A DNA stretch of 64,000 nt, taken from NCBI RefSeq assembly GCF_018350175.1, contig NC_058383.1:4402001-4466000 (forward strand), written 5' to 3'. The DNA is from Felis catus (taxonomy: Eukaryota). Shown here piece by piece: positions 1 to 13,104 of this stretch (position 1 is its first letter; the number at the start of each line of letters is the position of its first letter). A program made the translations under genes and the position numbers. Below the pieces are notes generated by a model that did not search any database, was not told where the DNA came from, and was given only the letters and a program-made list of their open reading frames with translations.

Positions 1-1715
1 AACGGTGGCTGGGGGTGGGGCTTGCACGTGGGAGGAAGGGCACAGCAGTTTTTGAGCATGATGAACAGAGTGGCGTATCATCAAATGCATGGGTTTGAAC
101 GGAATGAACTTGGTTCCTAGTGTCTCCCGGCTGCTTCTCCGTGAGTCAGGTACAGTCAAGTTGGGAAGAAGTGTAAGGAGGGCACTGGTGCCCACTATGG
201 GGGCAGGAAAGCAGAGGAAACCGCAGCACTCGGGAAGCGTTTTCTAGACCAGGCACCGAGCCTCCCCCATGGCCAGGTGTATCCTGGGTTGGAGAGATCT
301 CGGCGATCGCTTTGGATTTTTCATGCTGATCTGAGGCTCTGACCGACTAAACACCGAGTGTTTACTTAGCACATTCATGTCACAGCCAGGACAGCACTCG
401 GTGATTTCACCAGCTACGAACCCTCAAAGATTTGAGAGGCGGGAAGATCACTCCATCAGTGTGTACCAGATACCTCCTAGTGTTAGACATCGTTCTTAGT
501 GCTGAAACTTCTGATCAACAACGAGACTAAAAGTCACACTGCTGAAATGACTAAATAGCTACGTCATATATTCCCTTCAGTAGATAAAACATTTTAGAAC
601 AGAGTCACAGGAGTCCGTGTGCTCTGTGGGCAATCGTGAGAGGCCCTATTAAACTCACACTCTCCCACCCTCCGATGCTGAACGGCGGACCGAACTCAAC
701 GGTCTCGAGATTCTTTCCAATTCTGACATTTGGGGATTTTTAACATACGACCGAATCTTTTTCAGCCTCATCCTGCCAGGTGTTCTGAGCAAAGCAAGAG
801 AAAGAGGAGAGGTAACAAAGGTTAAGTTCCCATCACGCCCGTCGTCAGAAGCTGCCAGGTGCTCGTGCATATCAGAGAATCGTCCGACCCGGAGGAACCC
901 TCATGGCATCATGTCCGGCTCCCCGGTAACACCCACCCACACACACACACAAATTCTCCACAAAAACCCCAAGACATGGTCATCTAGGCTCTTTGTGAAC
1001 ACTCCAAAGCAGGGAACTTAGTACGCTACAAACTAACCACTGAGCTAACCCACACAGAGGGCTCCGACAACAGAGTTCAGTGGGCACAGTTTGAAGGTTT
1101 CTGTGTGACTGTAAAAATAAACTCTACCAATTACCTACATTAGGAGCTGACCCACCTCTTAATTTTGGTGCCAGTGCAAGGCCCATGAAAAAAAGATTTT
1201 TAATCTAAGAAAAAAGAAAAAAAAAACAAACAAAAAAACAGAGAGCAAGTGATCCAGAAAACACAAATGGAAGGGCAGCCACCGAGCGGCTGGGAGCAGG
1301 TTCTCGAACATCCGAGTCTCCACACCTCATCTGTAAGGTGGGCTGCTGTAAGGACTGAGTGAGCACCAAGTGTGTAAAGGACTTGGCACAAAGCTCTCAC
1401 TACTAAAGGCAGAGAGGTCATGAAAAATGGCAGAAATAAAGATTTTCAGAAGGATGAAAGGTGTCAAGAGAAAGTGGTAGAGCCTGGGAGATGCCCTCAA
1501 CACTTCTCTCCGTGGTTTCTTTGTGGTGGCTTCTTCGTGGTACAAGTGACAGGCTTCCTGACTGTATTTACTACGACCACTGAGCAAACTGTCAGTTGCA
1601 CCCAGAACAGGGGTCAGATGGTTCAGATTTCAACTTCCTCCAACTGGCTGGGAGTCACAGGACACTGTGTTTAGAAACTAAGAACTAAAATGCATTTCAA
1701 TTAATGTGTTTTTTT

Positions 1716-1898
1716 TAAACTTAAAAAAATGTTTATTTCTTTATTTTGAGAGAGAGCAAGCAGGGGGAGGAGCAGAGAGGGAGAGAGAAAATCTCAAGCT
1801 GGCTCCAATGCTGTCAGCCAGAGCCTAATGCAGGGCTTGATCCCATGAACAGAAATCAAGGGTCGGACACTTCACCGACTGAAGCACTTAGGCGCCCC
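1716..1898 (-). mobile_element. Can-SINE, internally deleted
   Basis: Reverse tRNA-like head (ggcgcccc), (GA)n and T-rich tail; lacks the catgagatcatgacctgagc segment. Confidence 0.85.
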
Positions 1899-1940
1899 TC
1901 AATAAATGTATTTTTAAAATCACAATTTTTTGGGGTGGGG

Positions 1941-2125
1941 GAGGTACCGGGGTGGCTCAGTCAGTTAAGTGTCTGACTTCAGCTCAGGTCATGATCTCGT
2001 GGTTCATGGGTTTGAGCCCCGCATCGGGCTCTGTGGTGACAGCTCAGAGCCTCGAGCCTGCTTCAGATCCTGTTTCCCTTTCTCTGTGCCCCTCCCCTGC
2101 TCACACTGTCTCTCTCTCCGTCTCT

Positions 2126-2160
<35 letters not shown>

Positions 2161-2175
2161 ACAAAAAAATTAAAA
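1941..2175 (+). mobile_element. Can-SINE (felid SINEC)
   Basis: ggtggctcagtcagttaag head, (CT)n, long poly-A. Confidence 0.93.
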
Positions 2176-2256
2176 TTTCGTTTTTAGCCAAACATGTTAG
2201 ATTCTAAGGGGGAGTTCCTTCCCAAGCAGTTTCCCTTAATCATTTAAAGCTCCTCT

Positions 2257-2473
2257 GGGGCGCCTGAGTGGCTCAGTCGGCTGAGCGTCAAACTTCAGCT
2301 CAGGTCATGATCTCACAGTCCATGAGTTCGAGCCCCACGTCAGGCTCTGTGCTGACAGCTTGGAGCCTGGAGCCTCCTTCGGATTCTGTGTCTCCCTCTC
2401 TCTCTGCTCCTGACTCACTTGTGCTCTGTCTCTCTCTGTTTCAAAAATAAGTAAGAACATTCAAAAAAAATAA
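2257..2473 (+). mobile_element. Can-SINE
   Basis: Full body; TSD taaagctcctc at 2245-2255 and 2474-2484. Confidence 0.95.
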
Positions 2474-2491
2474 TAAAGCTCCTCAGATCAA

Positions 2492-2690
2492 GGGGCGCCT
2501 GCCTGGGTGGCTCAGTCGGTTGAGCGTCCGACTTCAGCTCAGGTCATGATCTCGTGGTTCGTGGGATCGAGCCCCACGTCGGGCTCTGTGCTGACAGCTC
2601 AGAGCCTGGAACCTGCTTCAGATTCTGTGTCTCCTTCTCTCTCTGCCCCTTCCCCGGTCATGCTCTCTCTCTCAAAAATAAACATAAAAT
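2492..2690 (+). mobile_element. Can-SINE
   Basis: Full body directly after the previous copy; gcct duplicated at the 5' end. Confidence 0.93.
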
Positions 2691-3291
2691 ATGCTCAGGA
2701 GGAAAGGCAGACATTATCATATACTCTTAAAAAATGGCAAATCTTACTTTATATGTATTTTACCATAACTTAAAACATGAAGACTGGTCCCCTTGGGTTT
2801 GGGCTGAGTGACAGATGGGCTTCTATGAGACCTTTCTGGAGGGAGTTCCCTTGGGACACACTGTAGGCACCCTGAGTGTCATCATTCACGGTGAACCAGG
2901 ATACTCTCCACTCTGCAAATCTAGGACACGCCTAGGCTGCTGGAAGTGGGGAACAATAGGAGGAAAGAAGATGAGAAGGCCGGGTGCGGGGGCTGGGTCA
3001 CAGAAGGAACTGACCTCCAGCACCCCCGGAAGGGGCTGAGTCACCCACAGGAAATCCAGGCGTGCCGGAGCGGCCACCACGGCCAATTTTATCTTCCAGC
3101 AGCACTGGCTTCCTAACGGACAGGCACCGGGCGTGATAGGAAGAACTCCAGTTCTGGGGCTCCACAGAGCTGGGCTGGGGGACCCCATCAGCCTCCACAA
3201 CCTGACCTGGAGCCTATCTGCAGCAGGTTTACCGTGAGAAGCAAATGATCTCTTCTTACAAAGTCCCAAGCACAGTGACAGCAAGAATGGA

Positions 3292-3485
3292 AGTTAACAT
3301 TTACCGGGGGCCTCACTACGTGCCAGCTCCTACCGCGAGCACCACACAGACCCGGATCTGCGTAACAACTCCACCAGTCAGGTCCGATTAATGAATCCCC
3401 ACGTTACAGATGAGGCAACTGAGACTCAGTGAGGTTCAAACCCAGGCCTTCCGGCTCCAAGGCTGGAGCTCTTAACCTCCTAAAC
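3292..3485 (-). mobile_element. MIR
   Basis: Reverse core cccacgttacagatgaggcaactgagactcag. Confidence 0.7.
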
Positions 3486-3844
3486 CACGGGTTTCTGAAC
3501 TGGAGCTTCTGGAGCAGTGTGACTGCAGGGCCCCTGGAACTCTGCCTGCCCTGCCCCAAGCACTGTCACAGGCGAGTACTTTCAGGCCCTGCTTTGTTCT
3601 AGAGAGAGTGCATCTTACCCTCCTTGAAATACAAGAAGGCTTCTTCTCTCTGGGATGGGCAGAACTCCGAAATCTCTTTTTCCACTAAATACAAGAAAAT
3701 AGGGCAAAACAAAACACCTCCATTCAAGCAGACGAACAGCCAATACAGCAGAGCATCACTTCCCTGGAAATTTTTAGGGAATTCGCATTCTTGGTCAGCT
3801 CACCCAAAAGTGCATGTACCATGCCTTAAAAATAGTTCATTTGA

Positions 3845-4034
3845 GGGGTGCCAGGCCGCATGGCTCAGATGGTTAGGTGTCTGACTCTTGGTTTCGGCAC
3901 AGGTCATGATCTCATGGTTTGGTTTGTGAGTTTGAGCTCCGCATCAGGATCTGTGCCGTGTGGAGCCTGTTTGGGATTCTCTCTGCCCCTCCCCTCCTCG
4001 TGCTCTCTCAAAATAAATAAATAAGCTTAAAAAA
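3845..4034 (+). mobile_element. Can-SINE (older type)
   Basis: tggctcagatggttaggtgtctgactcttgg head, aaataaataa tail. Confidence 0.9.
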
Positions 4035-7000
4035 GGCCCGTCTGACAGTCTCTGACCGGCTTCCCCAGCACTTGGCCTTTGAGACAAAGCTAGCAGGTCC
4101 CTCTCATCCAGACAGGAGCTTGGGGGCCCAAAAACTTCACCTCTTGAGCCAGAAACCCAAGGTGCAGGCCAGGCTCTACCATGGGGCCCAAGAGGACTTA
4201 CTGGCTCATGGTAGTCGGGTCTCCTGTCGCCTCTGACTGAGCTGTTGTTCTTAGCCCATTTCAAGAGTGGGAACACACACTTCCAAATTTCCCTGACATG
4301 CTTTTCTTGTGAGGCTACTAAGTTTCTTGCACATCACAGAGTCCCATGGAATTTTCTCTTTCTGCCACACAAAAAAACAGTGTTTTTGATTCTTATAACA
4401 CATTAAAGCCATTATGGGAAAAAAAAGTTTAATAAAACACAAATAAAAAAGTCACCAGTAATTTCTCTCCAGAGAGAACTCCTGGGAATATTTGGCCTGC
4501 TTCCCATTGGTTGTTTTTGTATCCACATCTCACTCAGAAAAGCCCCGAGGTTCTCTTCTGGAAAGTCGTGCTCTGCACATTCAGGTCCCACCTCCCCGTG
4601 CGTACCTGCTCTAGTTCACACCCGCTCCCTAGGTGTCTCTCCCTGCCACCCCAGTCTGCCAGAGACTCTACCCCTCTGAGGATGCAGTCACGTGCCGAAG
4701 GTCGCAGGGTCATGAGACGTGAAATCGGGACCAGGCAGAGACCGGCTGCTCCTTCTGGGCTGACAGCCTCCAGGGGTGCCTGGGCAGTTCTGGGCTCTGC
4801 AGGTGGCCACAGGCCGCAGACCTCAGGAGCGGGCGGTCAGGGCCCCTTCATCGGCCCCTGAGACCTGAGCTCCTCTCCGCACCCCGCCCGCGCGGGCCTG
4901 TCAGGAACTGCGGGAGGAACAGATGGCTCTGTCACAGTCACCGCATCGGACACCCCGACAGGCTTTAGTGAACGGCCACCAAGGGTGACACGTCCCCCAG
5001 GACTCCTCCATCTGGCCTCTGGCACGGGCTTTAAGATGGATCCAGCAGGCCTGAATTCCATTCTCTGTATGCTTTCTGGCTCCTCCTAATCGGGGTGAAA
5101 ATTTTTACACAGATCCACGGAATGTGCATACGAGCGAGGCTAGGCTGAAACAGGAGGGAGTGGACACCAGTCCATGGTCAAGAGGTCCCAGGACGGGCGG
5201 GTCTCAAAAGGCCGAGTATAACGAAACACCGGGCTCGGTGGAAGAGAACCATCCAAAAAATTCCTCTGGCTGCCCACGGCCACTCTGGGAGGGGAGCCCA
5301 CAAAGCACGACCAGACACGCTGAGGACTGTGAAGGGAACAGGCACAGCGCCCACAGTGGTCCGGCACACCCCAAATGCAGTGCCGAGGCTCAAGGAACAA
5401 AGCGGAATGAGGCATGGAGTCTCACCGCCCGGCAGATCTGGAAGAATACTTTAAAGGAAGAAACGAGTGGGCTGCATCTTAACAGGAAGGTTTTACTTCC
5501 TTTCCCCAAATTCCTTTGAGCTCAGCAGGACACAAAGTGCCGGCCTGACTTGCAGGCCTCGGACACGCCTGTTTCACATGGAGGCAGCGGGGAGCACGGC
5601 GAGGGCACGAGGCCGACGGCAGGGGCCCGGTTTCTCCAAACACACACTCGGCCCGGCGGTCGCTGACAGGAAGTGAGGCAGAATTCACCAGAGAGGTTTT
5701 AATTAAGAAAGAAAAAGGCGCCCAAATCCCGACTCCTTAAACTGCGCCTCAACAACGAAGCTCCACAGCTCTCCCTGAGCAGCAGAGTCTGGACAGACAG
5801 GAGGCAACAGAAAAAGAGGCTGTTTCTGTCAATCAGAGACTGCCGAGATCGCCAGCACAGGCCGGAGGTCCCTAAAATAGACGTGTGAGCGCTTGGCCCC
5901 AGGCTGCTCTTGCCAAAGCTTTGAAAAGTCCCTCTGGGCCGGTTTTGTTCAGCGTTTCTGATCACCATGGCCGGCCGCCCGCTTGCCTGCTGTCCAGCCT
6001 CCTGTGACCACGGAGGGAGGGTGGGTGACTTTTCTTCTTCATTTAACTTTTCCTCCCCTTAAAAAGGTGACTGGGAATCGCAAGTCAACTGCTGCTTCCC
6101 TCCTGCGATTCTGGGGGTGGGGCTGGGGCTGGGATCCAGGTCATGTGTGGCCACAGCTGTTGTTAATAAACTTGCAATGATTTCATAAAAGCCTTCCAAA
6201 GGGCTGAGGATTTAGTTTCAAATTGTTCCCAGATCGGCTGCAGATCGCCGAGCAACACCAGTCCCTAACCCCCCGCCCCAGCTGTCCCCCTGCAACAGGA
6301 AATTGGGGGGAGGAGGGGGAGGCCCAGCCCGGAGCGGCACATGCTGTGCAGCTGGGGTCTGGAATGGCGGGGCGGGGGGCCGGACGACGTGCTGGGGAGC
6401 AGAGACGGCCAGGCTCTCGGCGGGCTCAGGCCGCTATCTTGGGTCAGAGAGGCCCAGCACCCAAACACCTTTCTATCCAGAGCTCCCCACAGGGGCCCGG
6501 TGGCAGCATGGAATGTGACGTTTTGACTCTTGTCAGGGTCAAGTGCTCAGCCTGGGCCTGCTGGCATTCGCTGAAGACAACACATATCAGCTGTTTACTG
6601 GACTAAGTCATGCTGCTACCCTCCTTGGCAAAGTCTTCCCGTGATACCTAAACTTGATCAGGGACACTTTCAAGGTTTGGGGATGCCTGACCCCCCCCTT
6701 CTACCATTGGCAACTCGCTTATGGGGAAGGGGTCCAGTGATGGTCCTACACCTCTGTGGAGTCCCACCTGGTTCACTGGGCTCAGGGACCCCCATGGGCA
6801 CCTTCTGATGAGCCCCCCAAAATGTGTGACCTCTCGCTCCAGGGTGAGGAGACTTCTGGAGTAAAAGGAGCTGACATCTGGTACAAGACCTGGGCTTGCA
6901 CCCTGCTGTTACCAAGTGACCCGAATCTCATTCTCCTCACCTGCAGACCAGGTGAGGGGTGGGTCCTGTCCCCATGTTGTAACAGAACGGACAGTGTTTA

Positions 7001-7125
7001 AAAGGTGACTAAGAATAAAATGCTGAGGCTAGCTGTGGAAGCTGGGCTGAGGGGCAACAAGGGAGCTCACATTTCCACGTCTTTCTCTCTCGTACAAGGC
7101 ACACTGAAAAAGTTAAGGAAACACT

Positions 7126-7324
7126 GGGGCGCCTGGGTGGTTCGGTTGGTTGGGCGTCCGACTTCAGCTCAAGTCATGATCTCGCGGCTTGTGGGTTCGA
7201 GCCCTGTGTCGGACTCTGTGCTGGCAGCTCAGAGCCTGGAGCCCACTCTCTCTCTGCCCCTCACCCGCTCACACTCTGTCCCTCTCTCAAAAATAAATAA
7301 ACGTTAAGAAAAGTTTAAATTAAA
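7126..7324 (+). mobile_element. Can-SINE
   Basis: 17-bp TSD aaaaagttaaggaaaca at 7107-7123 and 7325-7341. Confidence 0.95.
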
Positions 7325-7342
7325 AAAAAGTTAAGGAAACAT

Positions 7343-7448
7343 GGGTGCCTGGCTGGCTCAGTCGGTAGAGCATGTGACTCCTGATCTCAGGGTCATGAGT
7401 TCAAGCCCCACACTGGACGTGGAGCCTACTTTAAAAAAAAAAAAAAAA
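7343..7448 (+). mobile_element. Short tRNA-Lys-derived SINE (tSINE-like)
   Basis: Resembles tRNA-Lys(CTT) over about 73 nt, followed by a short 3' extension and poly-A. Confidence 0.85.
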
Positions 7449-8947
7449 GGTTGTGCAGTATCCTCCATACACCAGACCCGGCAGGGGTTGGGCACTGGTC
7501 TAGTCGGGGTGGTGCTCGAACCACAGACGGGAGAAGCCAGGTGGGCAGCTTTAAGACGCCAAGAGAGAAAACAATGCGGGCTGGAGCCTGTGAGATACCG
7601 TTCACTGACCGTCATCTTTGTAAAAATGGGAGGACGCATCTGCCTTAGAGAATTAAATACATTAACACAGGTCAACATCAGGCTCAATTCGACGCAGGCT
7701 TGGGAAAAATAAACACGTCTCCTGACCAAATGGCTGGGTGGGAATGGTATCAAATTGTAAACTGGTTGTAAAAGCCCCAGAGTTTTATTTGAATTGAACA
7801 ATCTTTACTTTCATATTAAAAAAATCAAGGAGGTTGTGAAAAACAATTCTGCGCAGTTTCTGGTAACCAAAATCCAAGATAAACACTGACTTTGTTTTGC
7901 GTTTATAGAGAAGAAGAGGGCTGTGAAGAATTTTGCCCCACTTCTGAATCCACACTGCCAGGTGACTGCCCTGCTGAACGCGGCTTCTGAGGAGACACAC
8001 CTTCTAACTACTACCGCTCACTCAGCTGCACACGGACAGGGAATGGTCAGCGTGTTTGGACGCAGTCAAGCCCCAGGGACCCTCCCTGCTGCAAAATAAC
8101 GTCTGCTCACTTATGCGTGGCCATGTGGCTTTGCATCCTGCCCCCCAGTTAGAAAACTGTAGTTTGCTTCTCTTTCCTTCCTGAAAAGACATCTTGTTTT
8201 TCAAGACTCGCGGTTCAGTGTTGCTGGCTTCTTGTTGATAACGAGCAGAGAAGGAAAGTTACATTCCCCGTTTCAGCTCTCATATGGAGTTCATTCGGGT
8301 TCCCAAGCAATCTCTGGTCATTAAGGGAGAAAACCACCAAGGGACATAGAGACTCTTCCCGGCCTCGCTGGTTAATTAAGCTGGAGAAAAGGCTTGGATG
8401 ACAGGGCACGCTTTGTTTCCCTGGACTTCTCAATGGCTTTGTGTTCTCAGAAGCCCCAACAGATGCTGGCTTGGAATCCAATCAGTCTCCTGGTGAGAAT
8501 CAAGGAAACGGGGCTGATCCCAGATTTGATGGGAATGGGGCACATGGAACCAAATCTCTGGCTGTAGCTGCCCGAGGAGATCGGAGGAGTTTGTATTTGC
8601 CTGACCTTCCTTTTGAACTTTATTCTGAGCAAATACAGAACCTTTCTCAGGGCGGAAGATGACAGTTCAACAAGAAACGAGGGGGCAGTCGCACGCCGTG
8701 GCACCCAAACAAGGTAACAGAACACAAGAAACCTTTAACCAATTCCAGGCGTAGGACCAAAAAAGAGGTGGGAGAAGGAACAAGAACAAGCGTGAGGAGA
8801 AAGGGAAAACTGTGCAGGCTGAGGACAGGTCAGCCAGCCGAACACCCTCTCGTGTGTGACTCTACTTGGCGCTGTTTCCGGAGAGACGACGCAGAGCAGG
8901 GAGCACTTAGTGGGAGTTGTAGCTGAAGAGAAAGAATACTATTTCCT

Positions 8948-9146
8948 GGGGTGCCTAGTTGGCTCAGTCGGTTTAAGCATCTGACTCTTGGTTTTGGCTC
9001 AGGTCATGATCTTACGGTTCGTGGGATTGAGCCCCGTGTCAGGCTCTGTGCTGAGAGCATGGAGCCTGCTTGGGATTCTCTTTCTCCTGCTTTTTCTGCC
9101 CCTCCCCCGCTCTCCCTTTCTCTTAAAATAAATAAACTTAAAAGAA
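8948..9146 (+). mobile_element. Can-SINE
   Basis: Full body; degenerate TSD aat(a/c)ctatttcct on both sides. Confidence 0.92.
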
Positions 9147-9648
9147 AAAATCCTATTTCCTCACATAGTTCCCCCAGTTTGCTAAACTGCATGGCACTGA
9201 GGAAGCAGGTCGGCAGAAATGCCAGGTCCCGGGAAGGTTCGTCCCCAGAGGCCCCGCGGATCACCTTAGTGAGCCCGTGTCACTGAGGGCTGCACCTCCC
9301 TCCACTCCATCAAACCAACACCAGAAGGATGACCTATTTAAAAAGTCTGCCCTTCCTTTGGCGATGGGGGGGTGGCAGTGGGTGGCGGGGAGGAAGGCTT
9401 GCTCAGAGTCTCAGTCACAGAGCTGTGGAGTGAGAGCGATTTCTGGGTCCCTCAGCCCAATTTTCTGCCCAGTGAGGTTGTTCCTGACACGCACACACCT
9501 GGTTTCCATATACGACTCCTTGCTTTTCAAAACTGGTCGCTCCGAGGATTATGGGTAGGCCAGGAGAATGCTCTGTTGCGGCCGTCACACAGGGGCCGGC
9601 CTGTTACCGACACCTCCTCTTGTCAGGCACATTGGAGATGTTCTGCAG

Positions 9649-10007
9649 CAGGGGTCAAGTCTGCTGGCTGACAAGGCGTTTCCTTTGGCTTTTAAAGTGC
9701 TAGTTTAAACTGTGTTTTAAACATACTTGGATTAAGGGCTAATCTTTAACAATCAGGAGAGATCATATTAAAGTACAGATTTCTACCTTCTCTGGAGAAT
9801 GTGAAGCCATGGCTAAGTAACTAGGAGTAAAATCTCACTTGGCAACAATCTGTGGGGGGCGAGGGGCAGCCTTAGATGGACGCTTATACCCTCTCCTGTT
9901 TGCCACAGTCCCCACCACACCCTACGGCCCCAGACATGGCCCCACTTGACATTCACCAATCATTTATGTTACTATTGCCCCTGCGGTAACCTGGGTCCGT
10001 GATCCCA
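9649..10007. mobile_element. Old hAT-Charlie-like DNA transposon fragment
   Basis: caggggtc start and tttgccacagtccccaccac motif resemble Charlie-family fossils. Confidence 0.45.
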
Positions 10008-10164
10008 GCTACATGCTGTTGGGTGTCCTATGTGTAGATCTTTCAATGTTTTTCTTCCACCATGTTTTAAAATATAGCTATATAGCATCTTATTAATGCA
10101 GTATATATTACCTGGATATTTAAGTTAAAAAAAAATGTATACATATAGCCATCGCTTAAAAAAA

Positions 10165-10253
10165 TTTTTTTTAAGTAAACTCTACCCCCAATGTGGGGCT
10201 CGAACTGAGATCAAGAGTCACATGCTCTACCAACTGAGCCAGCCAGGCGCCCC
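10165..10253 (-). mobile_element. Short tRNA-Lys-derived SINE, internally deleted
   Basis: gagtcacatgctctaccaactgagccagccaggcgccc. Confidence 0.8.
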
Positions 10254-10467
10254 AGCATCACTTTTTATAGCTGTGTACTCTCCTAATACCAGCATCCCAC
10301 TCTCGGGCTGTTCGCTGCTGTACTTAACATGTGATGAAAAAATAAAATTCTATCTTGTCTAATCCACTGCTGTTTTTGGACTTCCGTGAGTCACAGCCAA
10401 ATTGATCCTTATTAACAGAGGGATGTTTATTGATTTCTTATTGAGTCGTATTACTCATTACATCTAT

Positions 10468-10677
10468 ATTTTTTTAAGGTTTATTCATTTTTCAGAGACA
10501 GAGAGACAGAGGGTGAGTGGGGGAGGGGCAGAGAGAGAGGAAGACGCAGAATCCAAAGCAAGTTCCAGGCTCTGAACTCTCAGCACAGAGCCCGACTCGG
10601 GGCCTGAATTCACGGACGGTGAGATCATGACCTGAGCTGAAGTCGGACGCTTAACCGACTGAGCCACCCAGGTGCCC
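10468..10677 (-). mobile_element. Can-SINE
   Basis: Full body; TSD tcattacat at 10455-10463 and 10681-10689. Confidence 0.92.
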
Positions 10678-10929
10678 GTGTCATTACATTTTACTATTCA
10701 TCTGTATCATATGTGTGTTACAACGATTTCCCCCAGTTTTTCCTTTAACTTTATCTTTGTTTACGATGTCTTTTGCCAAAGAGGATTTAAGTAATTTTAG
10801 TCTGGCCTCGATATACCACTAAGAAGGATCTTCGCACTTAGGGGATGATAGAAGTCATTTTCTCTTGTTTTCTTGAAGTATTTCCAAATAGCCCAGTGCC
10901 CCAAAAGAGCTGCTGAAGGTTTCTCTTGC

Positions 10930-11360
10930 CACATGGTAGCCAGTGTGATCTTGAACACTTACATTAGGCCAAGTCACCCCCCCATGTAAGCCCTGCAGCA
11001 GCTCCCACTGTAGCTGGTGAGACACACGGCCTGGCTGTGCCTGCCTCCCTCACTTTCCTCCTCTCAGCCACCACCTGCAAGATACACAGCCTTCTTTCTG
11101 GTCCCCAAATAGGCTGAATTCATTTGATTTCCTCCTCCTCAGGCAGGCCTCTCTGCAAATGCTGCCTCCGGGGGAAGCCCGCACAGGTCACTCCACCTAA
11201 AGGCGGCCTAGCCTCCCTCTCCTGCGCTAGCCCTCTCTGTGGCATCACTCGTCAGTCCTATGTAACACCAACTACACGAAGGACTCATCTCAGACTGTAA
11301 ACTCCATGATGACGGGGCTTTTCTGTTCAGACTAGTCCTGGCAACACGGAGTAGTTAAGA
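10930..11360 (+). mobile_element. L2 3' fragment
   Basis: L2-like text ending agactgtaaactccatga...ggggc. Confidence 0.55.
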
Positions 11361-11415
11361 AAAAAAGAACGGGTGCATCTATCATTTCTCCAAGTGATCT
11401 GAAAGGATATTTTCA

Positions 11416-11503
11416 GGGTTGTCTGGCTGGCTCACTTGGTACAGCATGATACTCTTGATCTTGGGGTTGTGAGTTCAAGCCCTACGTTGGGGGTAGAGAT
11501 TAC
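11416..11503 (+). mobile_element. Short tRNA-Lys-derived SINE, split by a nested Can-SINE (tail resumes at 11829)
   Basis: ctggctggctcac...gagttcaagccctacgttgggggtagagattac. Confidence 0.82.
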
Positions 11504-11506
11504 TTT

Positions 11507-11828
11507 ATTTCTTAATGTTTATTTATTTTTGAGAGAGACAGGAAGAAAGAGGAAGGGGAGAGAGGGGGAGAGAGAGGGAGAGAGAGGGAGAGAGAGGGAG
11601 AGAGAGGGAGAGAGAGGGAGAGGGAGGGAGAGGGAGGGAGGGGGGAGGGGGGGAGAGAGAGAGAGAGAACGAACACGAGTTGGGGAGGGGCAGAAAGAAA
11701 AGGAGACACAGAATCTGAAGCACCATCCAGGCTCTGAGCTGTCAGCACAGAGTCTGACGCAGGGCTTGAACCTATGAACCACGAGATCATGACCTGAGCC
11801 GAAGCAGGATGATTCACCCAGGCACCCC
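11507..11828 (-). mobile_element. Can-SINE with expanded GA/GGGA tract
   Basis: TSD agagattac at 11495-11503 and 11829-11837. Confidence 0.92.
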
Positions 11829-12859
11829 AGAGATTACCTTAAATAAGAACTTAAAAAAACCAAAACATAAAAACCAATATTTTTATCACATTAAATTCTC
11901 ATTCAACGTGTTTCCGGTCTCTGTTTTGTCCTCTGGTCTAGTCTTGAGTCTACATGATTAGCGCAGCTTAGTAAAAATTAGTCTCATCAGAAGCAATTTT
12001 TCAAGGGAAAAAAACCATCCTACTGAGTTTAAACGGGAATCACAGCAAACGTCTAGATTCCGGATAGAAGTGCTGTCTTCCCTTAGCGGGGGAGGTGCGT
12101 CTCCACTCTCAGGCCGTCCTCATTGGCCGCATGGAGAGCAGAGGAGCGGGCTGGCGCCCCCCCGGGGCTCTGGTGCACCTTCCTCAGGCCTTTTGTTCGC
12201 TCCACGCTTGCAGGGTTTTCACTGTTCTGCTCAATCTTTGTGGGAGAACAACTCTTGGCCCAGATCAGCTTATCACTGATTCAGAGTTTCAAACTTAGAA
12301 CTCACTTTAAGAAGTGATACAGTTTATGTGAAAACTTACTTGAGAAGAAAGCATATTTTTCCATATGTTCAAGTCTCTTCATGTCTTTCAATATAGTTTT
12401 ATAGTTTTCTTCGTATTTCTTGTTGAACCTAATCTCCTAATCTCTAGGATATTTTATGACTTGTATTGCTATATAATACGAATGACAGTGAATGACATTC
12501 TGTGTATTTATTTTGTATCTAGCCATCTTTGTATGGCTATGGCCTCTAATAGCTTTCCAGTTGATTATTTTGTCTTTTCTCAGGCTTAACATGGTAGATT
12601 TAACTTTCTTCACTACATTTAAAAGTGCTTAGAACTGTGCCTGAAACACAGTGGATGTCTAGTAAACACCAGCAATTATGTTCTCTAACTTCTGCTCTCT
12701 TAGTTAACTGAACTGACGAGCAGTTCCAAAACAAAATAGCGGTGATGGTCTTAGATTTGACGTTTGATAATGCTTCTACGTATTTCACTATTAAAAACAT
12801 GCTAAAGGACTATTCTGAACTACAGGATTTAAAAAAATCAACCTTCTATACTACTCTTT

Positions 12860-13104
12860 ATTTACTTACTTATTTTTTTTAATTTTTTTTTCTTTTTTTC
12901 AACGTTTTATTTTATTTTTGGGACGGAGAGAGACAGAGCATGAACGGGGGAGGGGCAGAGAGAGAGGGAGACACAGAATCGGAAACAGGCTCCAGGCTCT
13001 GAGCCATCAGCCCAGAGCCTGACGCGGGGCTCGAACTCACGGACTGCGAGATCGTGACCTGGCTGAAGTCGGACGCTCAACCGACTGCGCCACCCAGGCG
13101 CCCC
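12860..13104 (-). mobile_element. Young Can-SINE (SINEC_Fc-like)
   Basis: CpG-intact body; TSD tatactactcttt at 12847-12859 and 13105-13117. Confidence 0.96.

Noticed and set aside
1952..2773. Recurrent MAQSVKRPTSAQVMIS-type ORFs as a gene family
   Set aside because: Translations of the Can-SINE consensus
7343..7425. tRNA-Lys gene (also 11416, 30192, 32599, 33817, 46970)
   Set aside because: Mutated stems or anticodon, 3' extension and poly-A tail mark these as tRNA-derived SINEs
12151..12170. CTCF-like motif GAGCCCCGGGGGGGCGCCAG on the minus strand
   Set aside because: Lacks the conserved AG core positions; weak match
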